Shown: positions 1 to 13,250, counted from the first letter of the stretch. The stretch is 26,792 nt of DNA from Paraspadella gotoi (GCA_051294375.1 JBJCIZ010000166.1:1-26792), one strand, 5' to 3'. The notes: a model not told the origin generated them from the letters alone. Numbers and translations are program-made.

Positions 1-3000
1 ACAAAGCAGTTCACGAATCTTTCATTCAGCCAGATTCATTATCAAAAGTTTAAGTCTTCTCACTTTAAAGTACTAGACCCTTAATTGGGAATTTAATTCC
101 AACAGCATCGCCGAATTACCTAAAACTTACTTGCACATTTAAACCTAAAGAGATCTTTGGTATAATCTATTTACTCGGAAAAAGTCAATTTAAAGCCATC
201 TCTCTGCTTCTTAATCCTTACCGTAACGGCCATTGCGCCTCTACAATCATTTCATAGTACTCTTGAAAAACATTAGTACTTGAATATCATTGTATTTGCT
301 ATTGTATAATCTGTGATCTAGTTATCTTGTTCATGTTCTCCTAATCGGAGCAACATGGTACCTCACATGGTTAGCACCGCCAGAGTGGAGACTGTCCCGA
401 AGAAGTCGTTGAATTGATAAGGACATAAGTTCATTCTAACAGCTTAAAATACGCACCTTCTTAACCCATTGTCATTAACTTATTCTCGTCATTTGTAAAC
501 GTTCTTGCTCTACCGAAAGCTCGCATTATCCTAACCTATACTTACTTATCCTAAGCGCGCATGGCAAATATCACACAAGCGTCCTGTCGTCTCTTCTTTC
601 AGCCCGCAACTGCCTCTTCTATTCCTCTATGCTTTACTAACGAAAGAAGTTGCTATTCTCATTTCCCGCGATCACATGCGACCCATCTACCTGGTTCTCC
701 TACCATTGCATTCAAAATCAATATAGTATAATATTACTTAAAAGTAGCAGCTTCCGAGTGGCTCGCCTCTATGGCGTGTTTTCTGCATCTGGTTCCCGCC
801 GTTACCTTAGATCACTCAGCCCTGAGTTCCTCATCGACGCGCTGTTAACCCTCTCAGCGAACTGTTGTTCCAGTCGGCATGCAGTTTTCAATCCACCTTT
901 TTGTAAAGATAAGAATGTCGCTTCTTTATGCATATTCCGGATAACCTTCTATTTTAACAGAAACGCTTTCAGTGATCGCTGACGATGGTGGATCGTTTCC
1001 TTTGTGATCAGACGCGCAACCATTTTTTCTACGACATCTTTGCTTCAAGAAACAAAGTAACGCACGTCCGCGACTCATCTTTAAAACGGTCTTTAACGCA
1101 CACTATAATATTTTGCCTGAGTGTTGTATTAACATGGTTCTTGGCTATTCCTGTTGCGCTCAGGACCTCTCCATAACTCCACTCTCATCGAGCTTCTAGG
1201 GATAGAAGTCATGCTACGGGCCTTCGAACACCTTTGTCGTCAGTCAGTCCATCGACATTATGAGCTCGGTCATCTATGCAACCCGGCAGCCAATCGTCTG
1301 CTCCGCGCCATCACATCAACACATCGATTTCCTCTTCTGTCTCAATGACATTAGCCCGCATGGATCAGGCTCAGTCCAGGTTACCGTTGTCAACGGACAG
1401 CCACCTCTACGCACACTTAGTTCTCCAAACTAAACAATTCAGAAGTTCTTCGTTTCGCGGCGACCGCGTAACAATTGCCTCCACCAGCGTCGATCGAATC
1501 CGCGGACACATTCTCTAACGCCAGTCGCTATCGGTTATCTGCGGGACCCGCATCGGGCAAGCGAAAGAATAATCCCGCCCACTAATGCGTCCTACGCCCT
1601 CTGTGCAAGGTGCACACATCGATGTCGAATCTTACCGTTCCACATTTCACTCGAAAGAAACGAACTCTGCAACACTTGTCGTCGCAACGACGTAAGGATC
1701 ACGCCGCAGGACTCGCGCCTTCGGGGACTGCTATTACATTTGCCGAACTTAGCCGGTTATCTTCAGAACTAGCGACAACGCCACGTGACACTCCTTCTTT
1801 AGAAACTTTGCCGGAATACGACGATCTCGCTCGCATTACCGACTACTCCGACAGAGAAGAGGCGCAGAATTCGACCATAACGTGCTCACGAACCGCACAC
1901 CTGAAATAGGCTACGACTTTCGTAGACTTGCGTACTGACTCTACATCTTCAGCCACACGTCTTCTGGCTAGCTAACCGACACCTCTCGTCGAAGCTATCC
2001 TAACGACACTTCACAAAACAGGCCGCAGATTGGTACACCACCTCAGCCGCTGACGCATATCTAGAAGTAAGAGGAAACATTTCACGCGGTAAAGAAAACC
2101 TAAGTCATAGCCCGAGCAATTCAGACTACCGCGCCTCCCGTCTGACACAACCTCGCACAGTGCCCGAAAAACCCGTTGATCGAGAACTTCCCCTTTCGGC
2201 GTTATCTCTTGAGGACTTCGTCGATTCGTTTGTAAGACGGATCTTTTGTAACTCTCGACGCAGCCACTCTCAAGACTAGCGCCGATACGACGGCGACAGA
2301 ATAAAAAATATCGACAATCTGTCGCGGTACAACGCCCCGACCTCAGAATAGTGCCCCATTTCCCAAAAACGCCATCGCACTGATTACTCCAGACGCAGTT
2401 CCTTACACCATTCCGTTCAGCAAAGGAGCAGGGCACCATCTGGGCTCCACCCTAGGAATTCCGCTGCTACAAGACCGCTACCCTTTCAAGACGAAAGTGC
2501 GACAGCACTCAATCACACCTCTAATTCTCCTACCGAGCCAACCTCCACGCGATAGAGCGTGAGTCCTGAGCAAGCACTGCCGACCGACAAGATTGTTCTC
2601 TACGACTCGCCGCTCAAATGACCAACTCACCCGCACGGGCAGGACAATACAACTCGCGGAAATCGCTCACACAGACGCCGTGGACATAGTACACAGTGAA
2701 TCTAAACCTCGCCACGCCTATCACCGCACTAGCTAAGAACCTACCGTCGTTCTGACGAATATTCGCGAAGCGTAACGATCACTGGAACGTACTGAGCCGC
2801 GATGGCAACGAGTCTCTGTCCGACTCCTACAACAACCGCCGTCTCCAGCACTAGTCCAGATAATCGCACCGGCAGCGACCGCTTCTTCCAATTCGCGGCG
2901 AGCCTAACTTCCCCAGCCTACAACAGCGCAGCCACCCAATGCCTCGACGCCCCATCACAAGGGACTCACATTTAATCTGCGCTACAGAAAGCATCATCCA

Positions 3001-5664
3001 GACATCGCAACGACTTCAGCCTCGAGAGAGCCGCGGACCCGACCGCATGCGAACATACTGCTCCGTTCACCGCCACCTTAACAAGGCATGAACAGCCCAC
3101 GACACAGCCACAGGAAGCTTCAGCCAAGATATCCGCGGACAGTCCAATCCCCACCATAGACTAGGAACATCCCTCACTGCTCGGCCGTCGCGCAAACCGC
3201 GCGCCCGACGTCACCGCGGTTCGTGCGCACCAACCGTCCATCAACCTGGCACGTCTCCACTCGGCCCCCTCCACCGACTACACAGAAGATGACGTCCTAC
3301 ACAACCGCGCGACCCTGTTTTATTCTCCTGTCTACAATATCCCATGTTCGAATCTTCACACGGCAACAAACCTCATACTATGATCCTGCCGCGCGTTTAA
3401 ACACCGACGGGCTACCACGCCCGATACCATAAGCAGGACCACCGCGATATACACTCGCTCCCTCACACCCTCTATATCCACGACTGCCCGACACACCTCC
3501 GCTACGGCAAATGGCGATGCACTGACCCGAACCTCAGCAGATTCTACTCCCCACCCACCGCTTCGGCTCGGACCCAGCGCTTTGCGCACGCGCGCTCCTG
3601 GATCGAGACGTCGACTCGTACCAATAGCAATAGAACGACACCCTCCGAGAGCACATAGTCTGCTCGCTCGGAATTCGGCAGCCGCCCAACTGAAGTAACA
3701 TCTCAACCACGACATGTCCAAACTCACTGCATTCTTTCGCACAGCCCCGATCAGCGATCTCTCACACAGCTCCCACTCGCGCGCGACCAGGAAGCTGCGC
3801 CCCAGTATTTCTCCCGCAAATATTTTCCGACTCTTCGTGGAGCTTTCGGACAGGACTGACGAAGAGCATGCGCGACCGCGACGGAGAACGATCATATACC
3901 GTAACGTTCGCCGCTCGCCACGCATCTCGCGTATTAAGGACACACGAGGGCGGAAAGAAATGAGCAGAAGAAGAATCCGAGAAACATGTGTGTAGGATCT
4001 GCTGTCGAACGAGTTTTCGCGCGAAGCTGAGGAAGGAACCTATTCTCGACGCCTCTACGCGTAACTTCAAACTTACGCGCCTACAACGACAGAGACATAT
4101 AGAGAGCGTCGACGGCCCTCAGACCGGACCATACTACCCCGGACCCCGTGACTACATCACGGTCACGTCGCTCGCTCACCTCTTACCGACACACTCTTCC
4201 GTCCAAAGCGAGAGCTACAAAAAAACTGAACACTCCCCAGCGCTCCCCTCAGCACCGGCCTAACCGACTTGAAGATCTCGGTCTCTCCCACGAATCTCCA
4301 CGACTTCGGGACCCCTCAACCTGACAGTGCGCCGGCTCACCTTGCGCCACGTCTCAGACACGACACCGTTCCAATACACGTCGCGTCACAAAGGACAACG
4401 AACGAGCGGACTCGTCCGCGGTCTGGGCGTTGGAGCCTGCCGGACCCGCATTGATAGGCTCCGCCCCGCCGCCAAAATCCGCCGAGATCATCCCACTTTC
4501 GTTGACCTATCGGAGTTTCTTCGCCGACCTCCCAGATCTAGCTGACCTTCTCTCAACGAGGGATTTGCGAGTCGCCCAGACGGAAGCGTTAGAAGGGGCT
4601 GCGACTTCTCCCCCTGTCCTCTCAGCTTCTACCCCAAACCTGCCGGGCCTCCGCTGACGGGCGAAAATGAACGCCGCAAGCGCCCACCACTCACCCTAAC
4701 GGTATCTATTATTCCAACCGAGAGAAAGCCACATCGCCGATTCCCAACCAGACTCGACATGGCTCTCGTGTCTCCCGGCATACCTCCAACGGCGCCGTAC
4801 CTCCATCCCGGCGCCCGTCAGAGACAGCTCTCGACCGCGTCCGCTGCCCGATGGCGAGCGGGCCTCATTCTGGAACTTCACAACAGCCCCAGACTCTTCC
4901 GCCCTTCTCAAATTGCCTCCAGCCCAGCAGCGCCCTCACAAAAAAACACAGTCGACGAAACAACGCAAGATTGGCACTCTTGAGCGCGCCCAACCTGCAT
5001 CGAGCATTTCCAAGTCAGCGTCGCCTGTGCGTTGTGAGAGGGGCGCACTCTACGGACTACCTCTTAGCACATAGTACACATGTATCGAGGCAGCATCCAC
5101 GACCTCACTCACTCTGGCGTAATGCGCGCTCTCATCATCTCTCTACATCCGAGATACTAATACAGCCCACGTCTCGCTCTAGTCGACACCACCTTGACAC
5201 GAATCTCTTAACGCAACTTTCGACGCCTACCGGGCTTCTCTGGCGCTGAACGCCCCTCTTACTCCTGGCTGCAACTCAAGAGAAAATGGGGAGTAAGCGC
5301 GAGTCACATCCATGATAGCATAAGCACGCTCACGTAGCCGGCTGCCGTACACACACCGCAGGAACATACTCCGCGACTCTATATCTGCTCGTACTCCTAA
5401 TCACGGCGTCCCTACGTACGCTCTCATGGTTTGTTTGATAACTTTGCAGCAGGTGTACGACCTCGCGCGAGGGAGACGGGCCGGACTTGCGACTCGATCG
5501 GTGCGGCCGTGATGGCGGATCTACTCTCAACAGCGGATGCCACACATTTACGATAAGTGGGCTAAAAAAGTGGTTACATCATACCGACATATCTCACATG
5601 GAATGATCTTTCCTTTTAGTGATTTTTTGTCTATTTCTCAGGCCATTAAACCAAGAAAGGTGCC

Positions 5665-7794
5665 TTGATTTTAGACCGCCGGCGAAGTCAGCGAAACGCG
5701 CGACGACGACGGAGAAGACGAAGGCGACGGCGAAGGTCAACGTCGCCACGCGGAGAAGAGCATCGAAGAAAAGAAAGCTTCGATCTCCGCCGCTTCTTCC
5801 CCGCCCAGCGGGGGATCGGCATCAAAGCGACGTCGTCGTCGACTCGCCGGGACAAAACTTTTGTGCCTTGCCACATTGTGAGGGGAAGCATTATTTGCGA
5901 GAACTGTGACAAGTTTCAGCGACTAAGCCGCGCAGATCGCCGCAAATTTATCGCCTCTCAAGCCCGCTCGCTTCAATTAAGCGTCATCTGTCGAGAACTG
6001 CCTCACAAAAAGAAGCGATGCTTTTGTAGTAAAAATACATCACCGCGTCTTCATGTCTGACGGCACCGACCACCGCGGAGCGGGAGCTACAAAGCTACGC
6101 CTGCAAAATCGACAACGACGAGCAGCGGGAGAAATGAAAAAAGTCTGCCGCCGCCGCCGATACGACGGGATCGACGGCGAGTGAAAAGACTGCGTGACTA
6201 TGCCGCGTAGCCGCCGGGCGGGGCACGTTTACGCCCAGTGGTGCCAATCGTGATCGTCGTCGTCGTCAACGACGATATCTAACCTACGCGCTTCTGGACA
6301 GCGGGAGTAATAAGTGGCGTCATCAACGTCCAACTCGCGAGGCGATTGAAATTGCCGCTTAGTCATGTAAATTTGAAATTAACTACTCTCGGCTCTGAGT
6401 CTACACTCCCTAGGCGCATGGTGAGGAAGATGAAGATTCTTCAGTCGACGGCTGCATTGGAATTGGAACCTGGAGGATGTCCTCCGCCGTCGACATCCTG
6501 TCTTCGGAAGACGACGCCCTCCGCTCAGGAGGAGATTCTTCCTTTCTCATCTTGCGGATGTCGAGATTTCCGAGCGTTACCACCAAAGAAATCGGCTTCA
6601 TTTTTTCAGCCGAATATACCTGGACATGGGAAACCGGAGAGATTCGCCGTGGAAGTAAGGATGCCCCCATTGCGTTTAAGACGAGTGGGGATGGACCATC
6701 GGCGGCCCACGCGGCCAAGGGTCGTCGAGCTCCGCGGGAATCCATCAAGTACCTGTCACCGTATCAAAGTTGACGACGAGCAGCTCAGCCGCGAAATTCA
6801 GCGTCTTTTTGAAGCGGATTTTCCGCCCGGCGCCATCGCGAAGCCTCAATCTAGCGTGCAAGACGACTTCGCCATGGAGCAGCTTCGGTCGACGATACAG
6901 TTCGACGAGACTGTCGGACATGGAAGGTTGGGCTTCCTTGGAAGGAAGGCCGAAAAAGGCTGCGGAGATTCTGAACAAATGAATTCGTCGAGATGGCCAA
7001 GAACAGGCTCTTGAAAGCCGGGCAAGGATGCGGCGGAAGCCGCTCGCAAAGAAGGAGTCTTAAGCAGTTCACAGGAATATCGCTCATCTGCGTTAACGAG
7101 GTCAGATTCAGTGCAATTCGACATAGATTAGATGATCCAGCAGTCCCGGACGGAGAACCAATTTGGTGTTTGCCCACCCATATCGCCACGAGAGCTGATA
7201 AACCTGGTAAATTTCGTGTTTGCCATGACGCCAAGGCGTCATGTGACGGATCAAGCCTGAACGATCAGCTTCTCACCGGGCCCGACCTTATGAATAATCT
7301 TCTCGGCGTCCTTTTCCGCTTTCGCCGTCACGAAGAATCGTGCGGACCTCGACTCCGATTGCGGCGCGGATTTTTTCATCAGTGTTTCGTCGAAAAAAAG
7401 ATCGCCAGTGTTTCGTTTCTGGTGGTTTGAAGACGAAACAATGGAAGAGTCTCGTCTTTGGAGATGATCGTCCACGTTTTCGGCGCAAAGTCGTCGCCGA
7501 CGTGTGCCAGCTACGTGCTCCAGCATCACGGCCGTACCCTTTATGGAACGGTTCCACCGGAAGTGCTGACGCCATCATCAACGATTTTAGTGGACAACTT
7601 GTGCTTTCGGCGCCGACCGTCGAGGCTGCCCGAAACCTCCGGATCGGCATCACGGAAGCGATGAAGCGTGGAGGCTTTGACCTTGTATGCTGGCGTCATC
7701 GCACAAGGAGGCGTTGAGGATGATACGCCTGGCGTTGAAAAGGAATGGGAGGATATCAAAACCTTTAGTGATGAGAGCGATGATAATTGGGAAA
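5665..7794 (+). pseudogene. BEL/Pao gag-pol segment A: Gag C-terminal Cys/His knuckles, aspartic protease, RT (frameshifted)
   Basis: Knuckle remnants (HCEGKHYL..CDKF; KRCFCSKN) at ~5865-6055, LLDSGS protease at ~6290-6310, and IWCLPTHIATRADKPGKFRVCHDAKASCDGSSLNDQLLTGPDLMNNLLGVLFRFRR (ORF 6993-7430). Also MEMIVHVFGAKSSPTCASYVL (ORF 7458-7664) and GTG GAC AAC (VDN) at ~7590. Confidence 0.92.
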
Positions 7795-8024
7795 CAGAAG
7801 AGAAGGGCGACAGCGAGGTCACGTTTGTTATCAGTGAAGCAGCGAGCTTGAGAGGGCGATAAAATTTGCGGGCGATCTGCGGGGGCTCTTTTTTAATCGC
7901 TGAAACTTGTCAGCATGCCAGTCATCCGGGAGAAGGACGACGAACAAAAAAAAGAAATGACTATTGCGAGACTTCTCCGCCGCCTGTCGCCTTGCATACA
8001 CGCTAATGTGGTCAAGGGCATCTG

Positions 8025-11000
8025 TCCCGCTCCAGCGGGTGGATCGGCATCAAAGCCGACGTCGTCGTCGACACGCCGGGATCAAAACTTTTGTGCCTTG
8101 CCCACATTGTGAGGGGCGTCATTATTTGCGAGCTGTGACAAGTTTCAGCGATTAAAGCCCGCAGATCGCCGCAAATTTATGCGCCTCTCAAGCTCGCTGC
8201 TTCAACTGCATGGGAAGCGGTCATCGTGTCGAGAACTGCCCTACAAAAGAGCGATGCTTTTGTAGTAAAAATCATCACCCGCTTCTTCATTGACGGCCCG
8301 ACCACCGTCGGAAGCGGGAGCTACAAAGCTACGTCTGCAAAATGCAACAACGACGAGCAGCGGGAGAAATGAAAAAAAGTCTGCCGCGCGCGCCGATACG
8401 ACGGGATCGACGGCGATGGAAAAGACGCGTGACTATGCCGTGTAGCCGCCGGGCGGGGCACGTTTACCGCCCTGTGGTGCCAATCGTGATCGTCGTCGTC
8501 AACGACGATATCAACCTACGCGCTTTGGACAGCGGGAGTAATAAGTGCGTCATCAACGTCCAACTCGCGAGGCGATTGAAACTGCCGCTTAGTCATGTAA
8601 ATTTGAAATTAACTACTCTCGGCTCTGAGTCTACACTCCCTAGGCCAATGGTGAAAAAGATGAAGATCTCTTCAGTCGACGGCGCATTGGAATTGGACCT
8701 GGAGGATGTCCTCGCCGTCGACATCCTGTCTTCGGAAGACGACGCTCCACCGACTCAGGAGGAGATTTCTTCCTTTTCTCATCTTGCGGATGTCGAGATT
8801 TCGGCTTACCTACCAAAGAAATCGGCTTCATTCTTTGCAGCCGAATATACTTGGACATGGGAAACCGAGAGATTCGCCGTGGAAGTAAGGATGCCCCATT
8901 GCGTTTAAGACCGATGGGGATGGACCATCGGCGGCCCACGCGGCCAAGGGTCGTCGAGCTCCGCGGGAATCCACAAAGTAACCTGTCACCGTATCAAAGT
9001 TGACGAGAGCAGCTCAGCCGCGAAATTCAGCGTCTTTTTGAAGCGGATTTTCGCCGGCGCCATCGCGAAGCCTCAATCTAGCGTGCAAGACGACTTCGCC
9101 ATGGAGCAGCTTCGGTCGACGATACAGTTCGACGAGCTGTCGGACATGGAAGGTCGGGCTTCCTTGGAAGGAAGGCCGGAAAAAGCTGCGGAGATTCTGA
9201 AAAATGCAATTCGTCGGAGATGGCCAGAACAGGCTCTTGAAAGCACGGGCAAGGATGCGGCGGGAGCCGCTCCGCAAAGAAGGAGTCTTTAAGCAGTTCA
9301 AGGAAATCATCGACGAGGTCATGCAATTCGAATAGATGATCCAGCAGTCCCGGACGGAGAACCAATTTGGTGTTTGCCCACCATATCGCCAACGAGAGCT
9401 GAAAACCGGAAATTTCGGTTTGCCATGACGCCAAGGCGTCATGTGGACGGATCAAGCCTAACGATCAGCTTCTCACCGGGGCCGACCTTATGAATAATCT
9501 TCTGGCGTCCTTTTCCGCTTTCGCCGTCACGAGATTCTCCCTCGACTCCGAGTGCGCGGATTTTTTCATCAGTGTTTCGTCGAAAAAAGATCGCCACGTG
9601 TTTCGTTCTGGTGGTTTGAAGACGAAACAATGGAGAGTCTCGTCTTTGGGAGATGATCGTCCACGTTTTCGGCGCAAAATCGTCGCCGACGTGTGCCAGC
9701 TACGTGCTCCAGCATCACGGCCGTACCCTTTATGGAACGGTTCCACCGGAAGTTGCTGACGCCATCATCAACGATTTCTATGTGGACAACTTGTTGCTTT
9801 CGGCGCCGACCTCTGAGGCTGCCCGAAACCTCCGGATCGGCATCACGGAAGCGATGAAGCGTGGAGGCTTTGACCTTGTATGCTGGCGGTCATCGCAAAG
9901 GAGGCGTTGGAGGATGATACGCCTGGCGTTGAAAAGGAATGGGAGATATCAAAACCTTAGTGATGAGAGCGATGATAATTGGGAAAAGGTCTTGGCGTTT
10001 GCCTTTGTTTTTCACGGATATTTTCTCGTTCAATACGAACAAGAAGAAGGTGGAAACTGAAGTCCAAACGCGTCGGCAAATGCTCTCACTCACCAGTTCT
10101 CTTTTTGATCCTATGGGGTTGTGGCACCCTTCATCCTCGCGGAGAGAGGATTTTTCAGCGGGCACAAGGAAAAACTCCGTGGGATGATCCAGTTTCAAAG
10201 GAGATTTTGCCGAGATCAATAAATGGCGGCAAGAGGTTGTGAAGCTTACTTCCATCGAGATTCCTCGCTGGATCGCGACGAAGGCACTACAGATGCGACG
10301 CCGAGATGCACATCTTCTGTGATGCCTCGAAGTTGGGTTACGGCGTCGTCATGTATCGTCGCGTCGAGGTTCCATCAGAGACTTGTCGCTTATTTCTTTG
10401 GAAAATCGCGCGTAGTGCCTCTTCTTCGAGTAAGTGTTCTCACATGAGTCATTCCGCGGCTGGAACTCACTAGCCGCGAAAACTCGCCGCCGAGCTTCGT
10501 CTATCCGTGTGGACAAGTTCATGAGAAATATTCGAGAGTTGTTTTCTGGAGGATTCGCATAACGTCATCAAGCAAATCGGGACGAAAAGTCGCGTTTCAT
10601 CCCGTTTTTCAAACATCGAATCTCTCGAATTCGTGAAATTTCGAGGTGGACGAATGGAGATACGTCCCGACAGCCTAACCCGGCGATATTGCGAGTCGGG
10701 GTTTGTCTGCGGGAAAAATGGAGGAATGGAAAAAATTCTATCGGCGGTCCAGAATTCTTTTGGAACCGGAATCAACTTGGCCGGATCAAGCGTGTTTAAT
10801 TTCCGTGAAATCTGAAGATCTTCCAGGAGCTATGTCGAGAAAGAAAGCGGCGTTGCCGCCTCGCCGCTTCTCCTGCTTTTCCCGCCCGTTTTTCCGCTGA
10901 TTCTTGATGCTGCGACTACGCCGTCAAGTTTTCGTCTTGGTCGGCAGCGTCAAGGAAGACCGCGTTTGCTCTGCGCGTGTTGGAAACCTTTGCGTTTTGG

Positions 11001-11726
11001 AAGGCCTTCAACGCAATCTGCGGCCGAAAGCATTCCTCGAATCTACCTTGTCGATATCAATCGAGCGGCGGATCGCCTCATTCGCCAATTCAATTTAAGT
11101 ATTTCGGTTCTGAGATGGAATTTCTACATGATAATTCGGTAACTCTCCTCAACTTCGAAAGGAATTGAAATTTAAAATTCGCCTCTTCGAAAGTTGTCTC
11201 CTTTCGTCGACTGCGGGGGGAAGATGCGCGTCGGCGGCCGTCTTGGCAACGCCGCGACCTCTCCTTCGAGGCGAAACATCCGATCATTTTGCCTCCAGAC
11301 GACGATCTAGTTCGCGCCCTTATCCGAGATGTACATAAGACCGAGGGTCATGCGGGGATTGAGCAACCTGCAGCGAGATTCGACGCAAGTATTGGATTCT
11401 CCGGGCCGTCAAGCTGTCCGTCGAGTCCTTACGAATGCGTCTACTGCCAAAAAGCCTCAAGCCACGGAACAAACAGAAATGGCGCCGCTTCCGATCTTCA
11501 GGACGGCACCTGGGCCGCCGTTCGGAAACGTCGGCGTCGAGCGCTCGGGCCTTTCGACATCAAATCGGACGTGCTCGTCATAAGCGCTGGGTGGCGCTTT
11601 TTACCTGCCTATACTCTCGCGCCGTTCATCTCGAGGAGTTATTTTCTCTCTCGACTTCGTCCTTCATCAATTGCCTTCGATGCGCGAAGGAACGAAGGCC
11701 GGGCATACGGCATCTCTACAGGCATA
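8025..11726 (+). pseudogene. BEL/Pao gag-pol segment B (duplicate of segments A and C): Zn-knuckles, protease, RT, RNase H, integrase N-terminal half
   Basis: FVPCPHCEGRHYL, RCFNCMGSGH, YRPVVPIVIVVVNDDINLRALDSGSNKCVI (ORF 8342-8908) and FGAKSSPTCASYVL...DFYVDNLLLSAPT (ORF 9653-10060). Integrase HHCC (DVHKTEGHAG...CVYCQK) and IGRARHKRWVALFTCLYSRAVHLEELFSLSTSSFINCL (ORF 11435). Near-identical at nucleotide level to 5800-7794 and 11752-13250, differing mostly by 1-bp indels. Confidence 0.92.
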
Positions 11727-11751
11727 NNNNNNNNNNNNNNNNNNNNNNNNN
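11727..11751. other. Assembly gap (25 N)
   Basis: Run of 25 N counted directly. Confidence 1.
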
Positions 11752-13250
11752 AAGTTCTTGGCGTTTGCTTTGTTTTTCACGGATATTTCTCGTTCAATAC
11801 GAACAAGAAGAAGGTGGAACAGAAGTCCAAACGCGCGCAAATGCTCTCACTCACCAGTTCTCTCTTTGATCCTATGGGGTTCGTGGCACCCTTCATCCTG
11901 CGGGAGGAGATTTTTCAGCGGGCAACAGAGAAAAAACTCCGTGGGATGATCCAGTTTCAAAGGAGATTTTGTCGAAATCAATAAATGGCGGCAAGAGGTG
12001 TGAAGCTTACTTCCATCGAGATTCCTCGCTGGATCGCGACGAAGGCAACTACAATCGGCGCCGAGATGCACATCTTCTGCGATGCCTCGAAGTTGGGTAC
12101 GGGTCGTCATGTATCGTCGCGTCGAGGTTCCATCAGAGACTTGTCGCTTATTTCTTTGGAAAATCGCGCGTTGTGCCTCTGTCTTCGAGTAAGTGTTCTC
12201 ACCATGATCAATTCCGCGGCTGGAACTTACCGCCGCGAAACTCGCCGCCGAGCTTCGTCTATCTGTCTGGATCAGGTTCATGAGAATATTCGAGAGTTGT
12301 TTCTGGACGGATTCGCATAACGTCATCAAGCAAATTCGGGAGAGAAGTCGCGTTTCATCCCGTTTTTCAAACATCGAATCTCTCGAATTCGTGAAATTCC
12401 GAGGTGACGAATGGAGATACGTCCCGACTGCCATAACCGGCGATATTGCGAGTCGGGGTTTATCACTGGAAAATGGAGATGGAAGAAGTTCTATCGTGGT
12501 CCAGAATTTCTTTGGAACCGGAATCAACTTGGCCGGATCAAACGTGTTTGATTCCGGAATCTGAAGATCTTCCAGGAGCGTCTTCGAGAAAAAGCGGTAG
12601 TGGAGCCCTCCCGCTTCTCCTGCTTTCACTCACGTTTTTCTGGGATTCGTGGATGCTCGACTACGCCGTCAAGTTTCGTCTTGGTCGGCGGCGTCAAGAA
12701 AAACCGCTTTGCTTTGCGCGTGTTGGAAACCTTTGCGTTTTGGAAGGGCCTTCAACGCAATCTGCGGCCGAAAAGCATCCCTCGAATCTACTTGTCGATA
12801 TTCAATCGACGGCGGATCGCCTCATTCGCCTAATTCAATAAATATTTCGGTTCTGAGATGGAATTTCTACATGAAAATTCGATCACGCTCCTCAACTTCG
12901 AAAGGAATTGAAATTTAAAAATTCGCCTCTTCGTAAGTTGTCTCCTTTCGTCGACTGCGGGGGAAGATGCGCGTCGGCGGCCGCTTGGCAAGCGGCGACG
13001 CTTTCCTTCGAGGCGAAACATCCGATCATTTTGCCTCGGACGACGATCTAGTTCGCGCCCTTATCCGAGATGTACATAAGACCGAGGGTCATGCGGGGAT
13101 TGAGCAACCTGCAGCGAGATTCGCGCAAGTATTGGATCCTCCGGGCCGTCAAGCTGTCCGTCGAGTCCTCACAAATGCGTCTACTGCCAAAAAAGCCTCA
13201 AGCCACCGGAACAACAGAAAATGGCGCCCTTCCGATCTCAGGACGGCCCC
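11752..13250 (+). pseudogene. BEL/Pao pol segment C: RT end/connection, RNase H, integrase zinc-binding region (frameshifted)
   Basis: KVLGVCF, MLSLTSSLFDPMGFVAPFILR, IEIPRWI..AEMHIFCDAS, FWTDSHNV, EWRYVPTAI..DIASRG, MRVGGRL, DDDLVRALIRDVHKTEGHAGIE. The sequence becomes garbled after ~13250. Confidence 0.9.

Noticed and set aside
1120-1150. ...TTAACA TGGTTCTTGGC as BEL 5' LTR end plus primer-binding site
   Set aside because: Only a weak resemblance to a tRNA 3'-end complement, and the upstream sequence does not visibly match the candidate 3' LTR at 16138-16821.
650-5545. Many short ORFs on both strands as candidate genes
   Set aside because: No recognisable domains, mostly non-ATG starts, overlapping in several frames, and Arg/Ser/Pro-rich composition expected from random CpG-rich DNA.
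11847-12629. 260-aa minus-strand ORF as an antisense gene
   Set aside because: Shadow of the BEL RNase H region. The duplicate at ~10080-10860 is open over only part of it, and it has no motif.
5665-13250. Genuine tandem amplification or nested self-insertion of BEL elements
   Set aside because: No LTRs or TSD at the junctions, segments A and C join seamlessly, and the extra copy abuts an N gap. An assembly artefact is more parsimonious, though not proven.
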